From: Octopus sinensis | Taxonomy: Eukaryota | Direction: 5' to 3' | DNA: 64,000 nucleotides | Assembly (NCBI RefSeq): GCF_006345805.1 | Contig: NC_043013.1 | Coordinates: forward strand, 34,100,001 to 34,164,000 | In this document: positions 13,294 to 26,370 of the stretch, one piece after another | How positions within the stretch are numbered: position 1 is the first letter of the stretch | Layout: the number at the start of each line of letters is the position of its first letter | The notes under the pieces: generated by a model | Told to the model about the DNA's origin: nothing | The model's database searches: none | The model's input: only the letters and a program-made list of their open reading frames with translations | Translations under genes and position numbers: made by a program

Positions 13294-13902
13294 TAACAAA
13301 GTGGAGTTACACACACACACATGTGCATGCATGTATATAAAATCTTTTGTTATTTCATTGTTATCGATAACTAGGGTTTGACCATGCTGGACAATACTAT
13401 CAAGGATATATATTAATTATAATCTCCCAGTAGTTTGCTGGTACATAGTTTATTGAGCTGAAACAATGATGAGAGGTGAAGATGACCACTTCAGAGTATA
13501 ATGGAATATAAAAATTATCAGGAAGTATTTTTGTCAAATACCCTAAAGGCACAATTTCAAAGTTTATACACATTCATACATATACCAGTATGTGCATATA
13601 CATCCGTATACATACCCATATATATACATACATATATATATATATTATATATATATATATATATCATTGCAAAATTACTTGCACAAACATATGGTGTAAA
13701 ATATAAAGATTTTGAATTTTTGTGTGTGCTTATAGACTTGCAAAGAATCACATACAGCTATAGCTGTATTATATTATACGCACATAGGACACACACATGC
13801 ACACATATCTATGTAGGCCAGCGTGGAACATGAACGTTAAATGATGATGACAATGATGATGAGGATGATGTGAACATACATACACATATATATACTCATA
13901 TA

Positions 13903-13945
<43 letters not shown>

Positions 13946-14424
13946 TTGTTACGTTTGTAAATAAGGTATACATATGCATACAGTTATTCATATGAATGAA
14001 TGTATATACATACATGTGTGTGTATATGTGTAATTGTAGATATGTATACATGCACACACATGCATATAATATATATATATATATATATATGCATAACAAA
14101 GTGGAGTTACACACACACACATGTGCATGCATGTATATAAAATCTTTTGTTATTTCATTGTTATCGATAACTAGGGTTTGACCATGCTGGACAATACTAT
14201 CAAGGATATATATTAATTATAATCTCCCAGTAGTTTGCTGGTACATAGTTTATTGAGCTGAAACCAATGATGAGAGGTGAAGATGACCACTTCAGAGTAT
14301 AATGGAATATAAAAATTATCAGGAAGTATTTTTGTCAAATACCCTAAAGGCACAATTTCAAAGTTTATACACATTCATACATATACCAGTATGTGCATAT
14401 ACATCCGTATACATACCCATATAT

Positions 14425-14455
<31 letters not shown>
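12840..14455. repeat. Near-identical tandem duplication of about 800 bp bounded by (TA)n tracts
   Basis: atcattgcaaaattacttgcac starts near 12866 and 13663. The units differ mainly in TA length plus a 1-bp indel (gaaacaatg vs gaaaccaatg). Confidence 0.9.
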
Positions 14456-14465
<10 letters not shown>

Positions 14466-14989
14466 TGTACTTGTGTGTGTTTGTGGTGGGGGTTTGTATA
14501 AATTATAAGTGTGTTCAGAAATACGTGAAATTCTTTAAAAAAAAACCTAACATTAAACATATGCTCAAACACACACACACACGTGCTTGCGTGTACGCTT
14601 ATATATTTCATAGGTAGAGAGATAGAATGTGTATTTGTGTTTATGTATTTGATAGACATAGATATTTTAGGCAATCACACTTGTTAATAATCACATTCAC
14701 ATACACTTACTAATATTTACCTCTCCTGGTGTAACTTTAAATGTACACACATACACACACACACATATGTTTGTATATGTTCGTGAGTGTGTGTATAAGT
14801 GTGTGGCTGGTGGGTACATGTACATGTAGAAATGCAAATTGTCTCCCTCTCAAATGCAAATATATTGCAATAAATTTTTTTTTCTCTGCATGAAATGCTA
14901 TTTGGTGTATGATACACCCACACCACACATGCACACATTATTAAAAAAACCTCCGATGCCGAAAAAAAAATTACTATTTTTATAACTGC

Positions 14990-15032
<43 letters not shown>

Positions 15033-15924
15033 ACATTAAAAATATAGAAGTATGGGAAGAAATTTGAAGAAGAATGCAGCATATTAATAAATCAATGATG
15101 TTCCAAAAAAAAAAATGCTGATGTATGTGTGTGTGTGTGTAGAATGGTGCTTATATATGGGTGTAAATTTAAGGGTAGGGAATTTGGTTAACAAAAAAAT
15201 ATGTTTAAAAGAAATATAGGGAAAAATAAATATTTAAAAAAACACATAATGATAAAATGAATACATAAATGTATAAATATACACAAAATTGAATCCAGGA
15301 ACTGGAAATCTGTATTGACTTGGAGAATTTGAAAGCACATCACATCTAATAGAGAATTTGGTTGGAATGAGGAAAGAAAAAAGAAAGAAACAAAAAGAAT
15401 TACAAGAAGATGTACAATAATAACAAGAGTAGAAGTGGTGAGAAAATTAGTGAAAGCAAAGATGAAATTATATGGAAAGAACAATATGAGATAAAGAGGG
15501 AAATGAAGGATGAACGCTATATGAAGTAGCTGGTATATTTGTGCGTGCGTATTAATATATATATATATGTTATGTTATGTGTATATATACGTACAATATA
15601 AATATGTTTGTGTGTGTGTGTTTATACATATCTATCTATATATCTATATCTATACGTATATATGTATACACATATATTACAAATATATGATGTTTGCATG
15701 TGTGTATATGTATATATGTTTGTATTTGTGTATGTGTATATATATATATATGTATATATATACAGGGAGAAAGAGATGGGGAAAGAGAAGGGAGAAAGTG
15801 TAGGTGGATGGATGGATGGAGAGATGTAGTGGTGTTGGATTTGATGGATACATGGATGGATGGATAAATGCATGGAAACTAAATAGATGGAATGGTTTGT
15901 GCAAGTGGAAAGATGCCAGTGATA

Positions 15925-15925
15925 A

Positions 15926-15992
<67 letters not shown>
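15925..15992. repeat. (GATA)n microsatellite
   Basis: Directly visible. Confidence 0.9.
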
Positions 15993-16494
15993 GAAAGCGA
16001 TTGATAGATATACGGAGATAGATATTATAAATGACAGAGGAATAATGAAACTGAAGGAAGAAATGATGAAGAAGTAAAACTTTAAAGGGAAAATAAATAA
16101 AAGATGGAAAGAATGATAGAAATAATGTATAACATATATGAGGGCAACAATAAAAAGTAAGAGCAAATGAAGGAAAAAAGAAATGGCGCAAAATAGAAGA
16201 AAACTAAGATGCAGGTGAAGAAGAAAGACAGGGTAAAAAGAAGAAAATAACAAAGAAGTTTGAATAAAGCAGGTAACAATTAGAAAATCAGAAAAGAAGA
16301 AGAAAGCAGGTAAGTTATTAAAATATGAAGAGGTGAAATAATTAACTAATTTACATAAACACACACACACACATATTTATTATACATATATGTATATTCA
16401 TATGTGTGTGTCTCTTTTTCTCTATCACTTTATATATATATATATGTATGTAAATATATACACACATACTTATACATATATACACACTCATGCA

Positions 16495-16526
<32 letters not shown>

Positions 16527-16531
<5 letters not shown>

Positions 16532-16663
16532 TTCTGGGTTCAGTCCCACTGCATGGGAACTTGGGCAAGTGTCTTCTACTATAGCCTCGGGCCACCCAAA
16601 GCTTTGTGAGTGGATTTGGTAGACGGAAACTAAAAGAAGCCCGTCGTATATATGTGTATGTAT

Positions 16664-16721
<58 letters not shown>

Positions 16722-16922
16722 CATATATTTGTCCCCCCAACATCACTTGACAACTGATGCTGGTGCGTTTATGCCCCTGTAACTTAGTAGTTCGGCAAAA
16801 GAGGCCGATAGAGTAAGTACTAGGCTTACAAAGAATAAGTCCTGGGGTCAATTTGCTTGACTAAAGGCGGTGCTCCAGCGTGGTCACAGTCACATGACTG
16901 AAGCAATTAAAAGAGTAAAGAG
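16527..16922 (+). mobile_element. SINE family A (5' truncated)
   Basis: Homology to other family A copies. Confidence 0.85.
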
Positions 16923-16946
16923 CACATATATATATATATATATATA

Positions 16947-17275
16947 TGAGAGACAGAAAATGAAAATGGAATTCCTGAGGTTCTTCATTAATTGCTACAA
17001 CTATTTCAACCCAACCAGAGAAAACATGACCTTTACAGGTTATTTTTTCACCTGTATGTGACTAGCTACAGGAAAGTACCAAAATGTATTCTAATCAAAT
17101 TAAGTGAAAGAGAGATTATGAAATGAGGTACCTTTTGGCAGGTCACCTGATGAGGCACAAACAACTATTTCTATGGAATGTCATCACCCATGAAGGACTG
17201 ATGCCAAATGGGTCAAAACAACCATAATGATGAATAAAGAATCTTATGAATGCCATTTTCTTTTTCTTTCTCTCA
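16947..17275. mobile_element. Old, diverged inverted repeat with a decayed hammerhead core
   Basis: gaaaatgaaaatggaattcctgaggttcttc...aaccca mirrors tgggtc...gaatcttatgaatgccattttctttttc. The plus arm has tcac CTGATGA ggc (17147) ... gtc aAAAC aacc aTA atga. Confidence 0.55.
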
Positions 17276-17439
17276 AATGTTATAAACTCAACAGACATGA
17301 AAGAAGCAGGATTTAAATTCATATTGTTGATGACTTTAGGTAGCTGCATACAGGGAATGTGCTTCAAATGGCATAATACCAGGTGTATTGCTAAATTAAG
17401 AATTATATATGTATAATCTTTTTGTGGCACAGTTTGTGA

Positions 17440-17782
17440 CAGACCATGCCTTTCTTTTGCTGGGCTCAAATCTCATTTGCGAACCCATGGAAAACAAAAT
17501 TCCACCAACTAGACTGCCTCTATATCTGTGCACACCTTTCAATGCAATGTATGTCAGAAGGTCTGCAACTCTAAAGGAGGCCTCAGAAGACATTTTAAGA
17601 CCCACAATGATCAGAACTTATCTGCAGCTCTGGGTGGTCAAAATCAGATATGTTAGCTATGTGGGGTTCTTTTCAAAACATTGTGTGATTTAAAAAGCCA
17701 CATCAGATGCCATGATGGTTGTAAGGTGTCGGTACAGGAGGTGGTCAAATTCTGCATAAGCAGTAGACAACCACCATATATA
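17440..17782 (+). mobile_element. 3' end of an RTE-type LINE encoding two C2H2 zinc-finger remnants
   Basis: The frame from 17534 reads TFQCNVCQKVCNSKGGLRRHFKTH...C*LCGVLFKTLCDLKSHIRCH. There is no TGEKP linker and one in-frame stop, followed by a short UTR-like tail. Confidence 0.65.
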
Positions 17783-17853
17783 AATACATCATCATGATCA
17801 TAATCATCATCGTCATCGTCGTTGTTATTGCTGCCACCACCACCACCACCACA

Positions 17854-17908
<55 letters not shown>

Positions 17909-18181
17909 CCATTATTACTGTTATTAATATTATTATTATTATTATTATTATTATTTAAATTCTGCTTTCCGTGCTGGCATAGGTTGAATTGTTCAGCAAC
18001 AACCAACAAGTCAACAGACTTGGAACCAGTGACATTACAATTCATTTCTACAGGTGAGTTAACTGGAGCCACTTGAAATAAAGTATCATGCTCAGGAACA
18101 GAACACAGCCCAGTCCAGGAATTGAACTTACTACCTCATGATTGTGAACCTGACACTCTAAACACTGATAGATAGATAGAT

Positions 18182-18222
<41 letters not shown>

Positions 18223-18394
18223 TAGATAGATAGCCAGACAGATAGTTAGATCGATAGATAGCCAGACAGATGGCTAGATAGATAAACACAGACAGACAGA
18301 CACACATAGACAGACAAACAGTCAGACAGACAGACAGATAGATAGATAGATGATCCATGGATACACTGCTATATAGTTATGGATAAATATACCT

Positions 18395-18626
18395 ATTTCT
18401 TTACTACCCACAAGGGGCTAAACACAGAGGAGACAAACAAGGATAGACAAACGGATTAATCCGATTACATCAACCCCAGTGCGTAACTGGTACTTATTTT
18501 ATCAGCCCTGAAAAGATGAAAGGCAAAGTCGACATTGGCGGAATTTGAACTCAGAACGTAGCGGCAGACGAAATACCACTAAGCATTTCACCCAGCGTGC
18601 TAACGTTTCTGCCAGCTCGCCGCCTT
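18395..18626 (-). mobile_element. SINE family B with target-site duplication
   Basis: Minus strand ggcggcgagctggcagaaacgttagc...gagttcaaattcc...gactttgcc.ttcatc. Flanking direct repeat ttatggataaatatacct at 18377-18394 and 18625-18642. Confidence 0.85.
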
Positions 18627-18689
18627 ATGGATAAATATACCTTTGCACCTGTAGGATCAAAAGTGCATTTGATGTAAGTGTAGAGATTC

Positions 18690-19040
18690 ATATCATTGGG
18701 TACAAACAGTGAGAATCGTGTGCCTGCAGTTTTACTAGAGTTTTACAAGAGTTGAATTGCTTCCATACAGAGATATACATTTGGATTTATGTTCTACTGA
18801 GAATATTAGGAGAGATTTATTCTGTAAAAGAGAGATATATACTGATGATAGTGTTGATAAATAGAGATATACGATGGAGTAAGTGTAGTAGCGAATTGGT
18901 TTTTTTTTGTAGCCTTCAGTATAGTGATGTGAGTTGATCATTAAAAGTGATTTTGTTGGTGCTTAGCGTGCCTCTGTTAGTGGTGTTGAAATGTTGATGC
19001 GGCAGAAAAGTTTGTATCAAGCAGTATTTTGGCATTTGTA
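18690..19040 (-). pseudogene. Highly decayed PLE GIY-YIG C-terminal remnant (tentative)
   Basis: Scattered minus-strand motifs QRHAKH..ITFN, FATTL, LCME and CRH appear in the order expected for a Penelope endonuclease, with many frameshifts. Confidence 0.35.
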
Positions 19041-19062
19041 GGTTAATTATCATCATCATCAT

Positions 19063-19460
19063 TTGACCCATTCCTTACTGTATTTATTTTGAGATGCCCT
19101 GTGTTTCTTTCAATTACTTTAAATATAACAAAGAATTTAGTAAAATAACTTAGTTATCATTCAGCTAGTGTTAGGAACATAAATTGTGACTAAGGTTTGG
19201 TGGAAGATTTTAATTAAAAACTTATGAAAACAAGACATTTGTACTGTGGAGCCAGAGGTGGTTTCAGCCAGGTTGGTATCGAAAGGGTTAAATATAACAA
19301 AGAATTTTCTAAAATAACTTAGTTATCATTCAGCTAGTGTTAGGAACATAAATTGTGACTTAGGTTTGGTAGAAGATTTTAATTAAAAACTTATGAAAAC
19401 AAGACATTTGTACTGCAGAGCCAGAGCTGGTTTCAGCCAGATTGGTAACGAAAGGGTTAA
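19063..19460. mobile_element. piggyBac-like MITE (TTAA/CCCT ends) with a 169-bp duplicated right half
   Basis: Ends in ggtaacgaaagggTTAA, with TTAA at 19119, 19288 and 19457. A second copy lies at 48423-48821. Confidence 0.75.
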
Positions 19461-20039
19461 AGTCCATTTTCCATGTTGACATTGGTTGGACAGTTTGACA
19501 AAAGCTGGTCAGCCAGTTTTGGTAAGGTTTTAATGACTGGATGTCCTTAATGCAAAGGCTACTTTACTAAGGGTACTAGGTGCTTTTTATTGTGCCATCA
19601 GCACTGGTGAGATTGCTAAGTAGCTTGCAAGACAATACCTTTTGATTGTGAGGGCTGTGATATTTCAACAGGTGAATTATACCAGGTGTTGAGAGGCGAT
19701 AGTATGAAAGCCGTATAGGAACAGGTGTCCTGCTATAGAAAAGAAACATAGCTAAGCCAGCTGGAAAAAGGAAGAAGTAGATAGTGGTGATGTAGTACCA
19801 GTACCTTCCCCCAGGGTACAGGGGGGTTAAGTTGATGGGCATGGTGATAGAAAAGCAGGTGAGGTGGAAGGGAACAGTAGAACAAGATGAAAGGGATAAG
19901 GGTAGAATATCAGGTAATTTCACAAGTGTGAGATGAGTGACACGTATGCAGAGTTAGGGGTTATAGGAGTGTTGTATAGGTGATGTTGTGAAAGAAATAG
20001 GAGTGGGCCAGGAAAGAGGATGTGATTTTTTATCTTTCA

Positions 20040-20428
20040 TTCTTTACTTGTTTCAATCATTAGACTGTGGCCATGCTGGGGCACTGCCTTGAAGAATTTC
20101 TAGCCGAATGAATCAACTTCAGTACTTCTTTTTAAAGCCTAGTACTTATTGTTTTGATTTCTTTTGCCAACCTGCTCATTTACAGGGATGTAAACACACC
20201 TACACTGGTTGTCAAGTGATGGTGGAGGACAAACACAGACAATGACACACATACATACACATATATAATGGGCTTCTTATAGTTTCCATCTACCATATCC
20301 ATTCACAAAGCTTTTGTTGGTGCAAGGTTATAGTAGAAAACACTTGTCCAAGATTTCAAGGAGTGGGACTGAACCTGGAACCATATGGCTAGGAAGAAAA
20401 CTTCTTACCGCTCAGCCATGCCTGTGTC
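20040..20428 (-). mobile_element. SINE family A
   Basis: Homology to other copies. Confidence 0.8.
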
Positions 20429-20853
20429 TGATAAGTAGCAGTACAAAATTTTTTTTAAAAAAACAAAAGAAGCAAAACATGGAGTGGAAAGCAGTGTGAA
20501 GAGCTGGGGTGGGGTGAAGGATGGGTGCTCAATGATGAGGGTGAAGATCCAAGCTACGTTAGGCATGAATGCATTCAAAGAGAGGGGACAAAGGTTGGGG
20601 GTGGTGGTGAGGTGATGGCTGACATGAGATGATCAAAGTGAGTAACTTTTGTACAGTTTATTATGTTTTCTGTTAACGATTATTGTTACAAGAAAATAGT
20701 TTCATGAGATTCAACATTTGCCAGATCAGGAGTTAGGTTTGATGTGAGATGCATCTAGATATTTTTTTTTAGAATTTTTTTTTTAAGAATTTTTTTTTTA
20801 AGAATGTTTTTTAGAATTTTTTTTTTATATTTATGGCTAATGTTACAATGAAT

Positions 20854-21080
20854 TCAAGCAAAGTTAGGGCTGCTGGTGGAGTAGAAGAATTTAAGTGAGT
20901 TTGTATTGAAGATTGCATGATGAAGGCAGTGTTTTCTGATTAAGTTAAGGAAATACTTGGCAATGGGTGTGGTCACTCGGAGACTGATTGGGGGAGTGTA
21001 CCATATGTTTTGTGTATTCTTGTCGTTGGGTTTGTTTATTTCTAAGTATTGATTCGTTAAAACTTTAAAGTATTGATGGG
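20854..21080 (-). pseudogene. Penelope-like element ORF remnant (post-RT linker region)
   Basis: NIWYTPPISLRVTTPIAKYFLNLIRKH..HHAIFNTNSLKFFYS matches the PLE motif IIWFNPP...FLxLIxKHF...IFNxNTxKxSYS. Confidence 0.7.
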
Positions 21081-22679
21081 GGTGTGATTTTTCTTTTATA
21101 CATATATGTGTTTGTCTGTGTACACCCTCCACCCCCCACACACATATACATACATAACAACAACAACAACAAAAGATAGAGGAGAGGGAGAAAAAAAAAT
21201 TATGGTATCTTGTTTTGAGACTGAGAAGACTTCAGGAAATTTCTCATTGCTATTTTTATGTTCAGTATTTAAATAATCTATTATGTCTGGCAGCTTGGCT
21301 GATGTAAAAATATTAAATTCTATGTAAATTTCTATTGTTAATTACTCAAGCACAGCAATGTATTATCACTTCGGAACCGAAAAATAATTTTCGTTCTTGC
21401 TGCATTGTCATCAATGAAATCATCATCATCATCATCCCCATTACCATCATCCTCATCATCATCGTTGTCGTCATCATCATTGTCATCATTATTATCGTTG
21501 CTCTTTATAATTTTTCACTTATGGTTTAACATTGAGTTATCTGTAATGTAATGGCTTTGATGGATCTGAAGAAAAATCAATCTACCCCCACCCTTATACC
21601 TTCCATCAATCACTAAATCCATATATCAATTCCTTCCTTTTAATACTTTATCATTTCGTTTACTTAGTTTGGGGAGAGATGAGTTTTGAAGGTTTCATTT
21701 GATTTATCGACTTTTTTTTTCCTACATTTTTCCCCTAATATCCTGGCAAGAAAATATTTTCGTTCTTCTTTGCCTAAAATAAATAAATTTTCAATTCTCC
21801 AGTTATGGGCCCTAAATGTCTAAAATTCTTATTTTCAAAATACTCCAATGAAGCCCTCTCTCTTACCTCAAATTCTTCTTTCGTATTGGGTTTTGCTATG
21901 CGTTGCTTCAAATGCATATCATACCCAATTTCATACATGCTATGATAAAGAAAGCTGCTCCCTTCTACCCTGCTATGAAATATTTTACTACTAATGAAAT
22001 AACTGTCCTCTGTTCTGCCCAGTGTTAACAATCTACCTAAATTTGTAAAACTCCAAATTAAGTTCCCTGCAATTCTTTATTATTCCTAAACCATTGAACT
22101 TCTTTCAGTGACATTAGAATGGTTCTTTATTCCCTTCTTAAGTTGAACAGTTAAACTTTGAGAATATCCTAAGAAAAAGCAGCATTTCTATGGTTAACCA
22201 GAATTTTGAAATAGCCAAACCTGTTGTAGCACTCATCAAACAATACTTAACTTTTCATTTGGTCTCTAATTTTCTCTAAGGTTTATCTGAATTTGTGTTG
22301 GTTTGCCGTTATGTTTATTATATATCTAATACATTACAGGCATATGTATTTGTATATAGATGCATATTTAGGTAGATATAAACCACTGTACAACACTATA
22401 TATATATATATACACACAACTCCTTCCTTGAATCATACTATGACAATACCACAAAACTCCACTTACATGAGACTTAGCAGATTTCCTCAGGAGGTTTCTA
22501 TTAAGTTAGACATGTCATGGGCCAATTCTGTCTGAGACTCATCATAGTTTATCTCAGTTTATGTACACTTTTGTTACAACTATCACATGACAGTAAGCCA
22601 AGGAGACACAAACATGCATGCTCATTCACATACATACACATATATAGACATATAATACTTATTTTACACACACACACAC

Positions 22680-22726
<47 letters not shown>

Positions 22727-22728
22727 TG

Positions 22729-23125
22729 TAGGCATAGGAGTGGCTGTGAAGTAAGAAGCTTGCTTCCCAACCACATGGTTCTGGGTTCAATCCTACTGCA
22801 TAGCACATCAGACAAATGTCTTCTCCTCTATCCTCGGGCTGACCAAAGCCTTGTGAGTAGATTTGGTAGACGGAAACTGAAAGAAGCCCGTTGTATATAT
22901 ATATATGTATATTTTTGTGTGTCTGTGCTTGACCCTTCACTTGACAACTGATGCTGGTGTGTTTAAGTCCCTGTAACTTAGTGGTTTAACAAAAGAGACT
23001 GATAGAATAAGTACTAGGCTTAGGAAAGAATAAGTCCTGGGGTCGATTTGTTCAACTAAAGGTGGTCCTCCAGCATGGCCGCAGTCAAATGACTGAAACA
23101 ACTAAAAGAATAAAACAATAAAAGA
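22729..23125 (+). mobile_element. SINE family A, full length
   Basis: Head ggcataggagtggctgtg through to tail gactgaaacaactaaaag. Confidence 0.85.
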
Positions 23126-23599
23126 ATATGTGTGTGTGTATGAATGTGTATGTGCTTATGTTTGACATTATGTGACAATATTAAAAACAAATGTCACTTT
23201 TAATCAAACAATGTTGTATGTTTCTAATCTTCATTGCAGAGATGTCCAGCTATAAGGAAATATTACCTTGCTTGGGAATACATGCAACAAGGGTATTTGA
23301 ATGTAAAATATCTGCTTCAAAGAATTTATGCGTGGATTAACAATGCTGCCAATGGTTTCATGTCGAAAAAATCTTTTCCTGGATTGCTTGAAAATTGTGA
23401 AAATACTCCACATAAAACCATTGGTTGCATTGTTTATCTAGAAATATTGAATATTTATCCACCAGTACTGTTATGAGCAGTCATTCTCACAATTATTTGT
23501 ATGTTTGAGTGGTGTACATTCATATATATATATATATATATATATAAGTAAATAATATTATTCTCAAACACAAGATAATGCTAAGAATATAGCATGAAC

Positions 23600-23945
23600 A
23601 AGATAAGCTAATTCATTATTTGAATTTAATATACAGAGGAAAACAGACAAATAAAATTTAAGAGTGGACACACATTCAAAATAAATGCAAACATGAATTA
23701 CTAGACACAAAACTTAATATATAGCATAACCTGTCCCATATGCAATGAGAACTATATAGGTGAAACTGGCAATTCTTTATGCCAACGAGCCAGAATTCAC
23801 CAACAACATATCCAACAGGGAGCCCTACAAAAAATTCCACTAAGTAAACACTTAGAAACATTTGGAAAAGGAAAATTCAAGATCTATAAATGCCCAAGGA
23901 ATGACACCTTCTTCAGAAAAAATATGAAACAACACTTCATAGTAG
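23600..23945 (+). pseudogene. PLE GIY-YIG endonuclease remnant (missed by the ORF track)
   Basis: The frame including 23708 reads GHTFKINANMNY*TQNLIYSITCPICNENYIGETGNSLCQRARIHQQHI...LSKHLETFGKGKFKIY...KQHFI, which is the LIY-x-CxxC-YIGET-R-H signature. Confidence 0.85.
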
Positions 23946-24909
23946 TGAGTAGAGAGTAGACACCCAACATTCTCCTGTCTGCTAACTGTCCACAAAAAAT
24001 ATACTCATTCTACTATAGGTCAAAGATCTGAATTTTTGTGGAAAGTATGGGCCGGGGGAGGGCTTCTTGTTGATTCCATTGGCCCTGGTACCCAATTGCT
24101 ACTCATTTTATTGACCCTGATAAAAAGCAAAGTAGAGTTGACTTTGATGGAATTTGGATCCAGAACATAAAACCATGAGAAATACTGCTAGGCATTTTGT
24201 CTAGTATTGTAATAATTCTACCAGTTTGTTATCCTCTTCTTTATAAAAATATTATTGACACACATAAACACATGATAGGCTTCTACGCATATTCCATCAG
24301 CCAAATTCAACTCACACCACACTGGTCAGTGTGAGCCAATAGTAGATAACACTTTCTTGAGCTGCTGAGCAATGTGATTGAAACTTGTACCATTTGATTG
24401 TAAAGTAAACATCTTAACCACAGAGCCATGCCAATTCCTTTACAAAGCAGGATATATATATATATATGCACACACACATATAAATTCATACATTTACTTA
24501 GATATATATATATACATACATACTTATGAGCACACACATTAACTGAAAAGATATGAAGTAGAAGAAATTGCTTGTGTGAGAAGGAAGAAACCTATCTTAG
24601 TAATTATCTATAAACTTATATATTTTACATTATATCTATCAATCTATGTGCCTATCTCTCTTTTTCTCTTATTCATTCTTCTACATAATTCTATTATTGA
24701 TCAAATCTGACATATCAATTTATTTAAGTATAACCATTTATACATATATGTTTGTGCGAATGTGCACATGTGTATATATGTGTGTGTGTGCGCATGTATG
24801 TGTGTGTATATAAGCATACACAAACACGCACACAGTGCACAGATATATATCCCATCAATTCTTGGTTTGTCTTGTAATTTTTTCTGATGCTGTCATTGTT
24901 GTGGTTTAT

Positions 24910-24942
<33 letters not shown>

Positions 24943-25084
24943 TTGAGGGTAAAAATCATTCTTTTCCTTTTCTTAGTTTTTTTAGGGATATCTCTTTGGA
25001 TATTCGTTGTATTTTGTTGGCCTTGTGTTCTGATCAGTTTGTGGTTTTTAATGCAAAAAAGAATCATTGTTGTTGTTATTATTA

Positions 25085-25148
<64 letters not shown>

Positions 25149-25151
25149 ATG

Positions 25152-25770
25152 TAAGGCAGCAAGCTGGCAGAATCGTTAGTATACCAGGCAAAATGCTTAA
25201 TTGCATTTTATCTGTTTTACATTCTGATTTCAAATTCCACTAAGACAGTTTTTTGCCTTTCATCTCTCATGGATGAGAATTGGGGTTGATGTAATTAAGA
25301 TTGATGACCTCAGTGTAAAATAAGAAAGGATAATTATTATTATTTAAGGCGTTGCACAGTATGAAATGCTTAGCTGTATTTCACCAGTCACAACCTTCTG
25401 AGTTCAAATTCCACCAAGGTCAACTCTGCCATATCATCTTTTCGCAGTCGATAAAATTAAGTACCAGTGAAAAACTGGGGTCAATGTAATTGACTTGTCC
25501 CCTCTCTCCAAATTTCAGGCCTTGTGCTTTTAGTAGAAGGCATTATTATTATTATTATCATTGTTATTAGGATGATAGATCTGCAAAATCATTAGACCAT
25601 TGCTTTGTGGCAGATTTTCTAGACCTTGACATTCTAAGTTCAAATTCCACGAAGGTCAATTTTGTTTTAATACATAAAAAAATAATAAAATAAAGTAACT
25701 GTCATATTTTGAGGTCAATGGTTTAAACTAACATCTTTCCTCTAAAATTGCTGGCCTTGTGCCTATCGCT
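25152..25770 (+). mobile_element. Cluster of SINE family B copies separated by (ATT)n
   Basis: Three successive gagttcaaattccac..aggtcaa cores. Confidence 0.75.
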
Positions 25771-26329
25771 ATTATTGTCATTGCTGTTGTTCTAATTATA
25801 AGCAGAATTTTTCTTTATGTAAATAAATAAGACTTTAGAGATTCAGAAAGAGATATACTCGTGTGTACATGTATGTGCTTATGGATGGCTATGTAAATAT
25901 ATGCATTCAATTTCTTATTGGTTTCAAACATCAGGACTACACCCATGCTGAGAGTGTATATTCATATAGCAACTCTATTACATTTTCCAGTATTTATTTC
26001 ATGAAGTGCAGGTGGAGATAGGCAAAGTCAAGCTAAGCAGGATTTGAGGATTCTCTAAGGGGAATAAATAAAGGCAAAAAAAAAGAAAAAAGAAAAACTA
26101 CTTTTGTAACAATTACTAAATGCAAATATACAGATGCGTGAATATACAGTCTGTGTCTAGAATATCGGTATTTTGCAAAGATGGTAATAAAATAAAATCA
26201 ATAACAATAAATATATACATATATTATCATGTTTTTTATAAACATTCAAATATACATTTAAATACACATACATATATATCAAAAAGTTAATACATATTTA
26301 TACACACACACATGTGTCATGTATATGTG

Positions 26330-26367
<38 letters not shown>

Positions 26368-26370
<3 letters not shown>

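Noticed and set aside
21774-22260. Complex minus-strand ORF-like region
   Set aside because: No recognisable motif. It is possibly old retroelement debris but cannot be supported.
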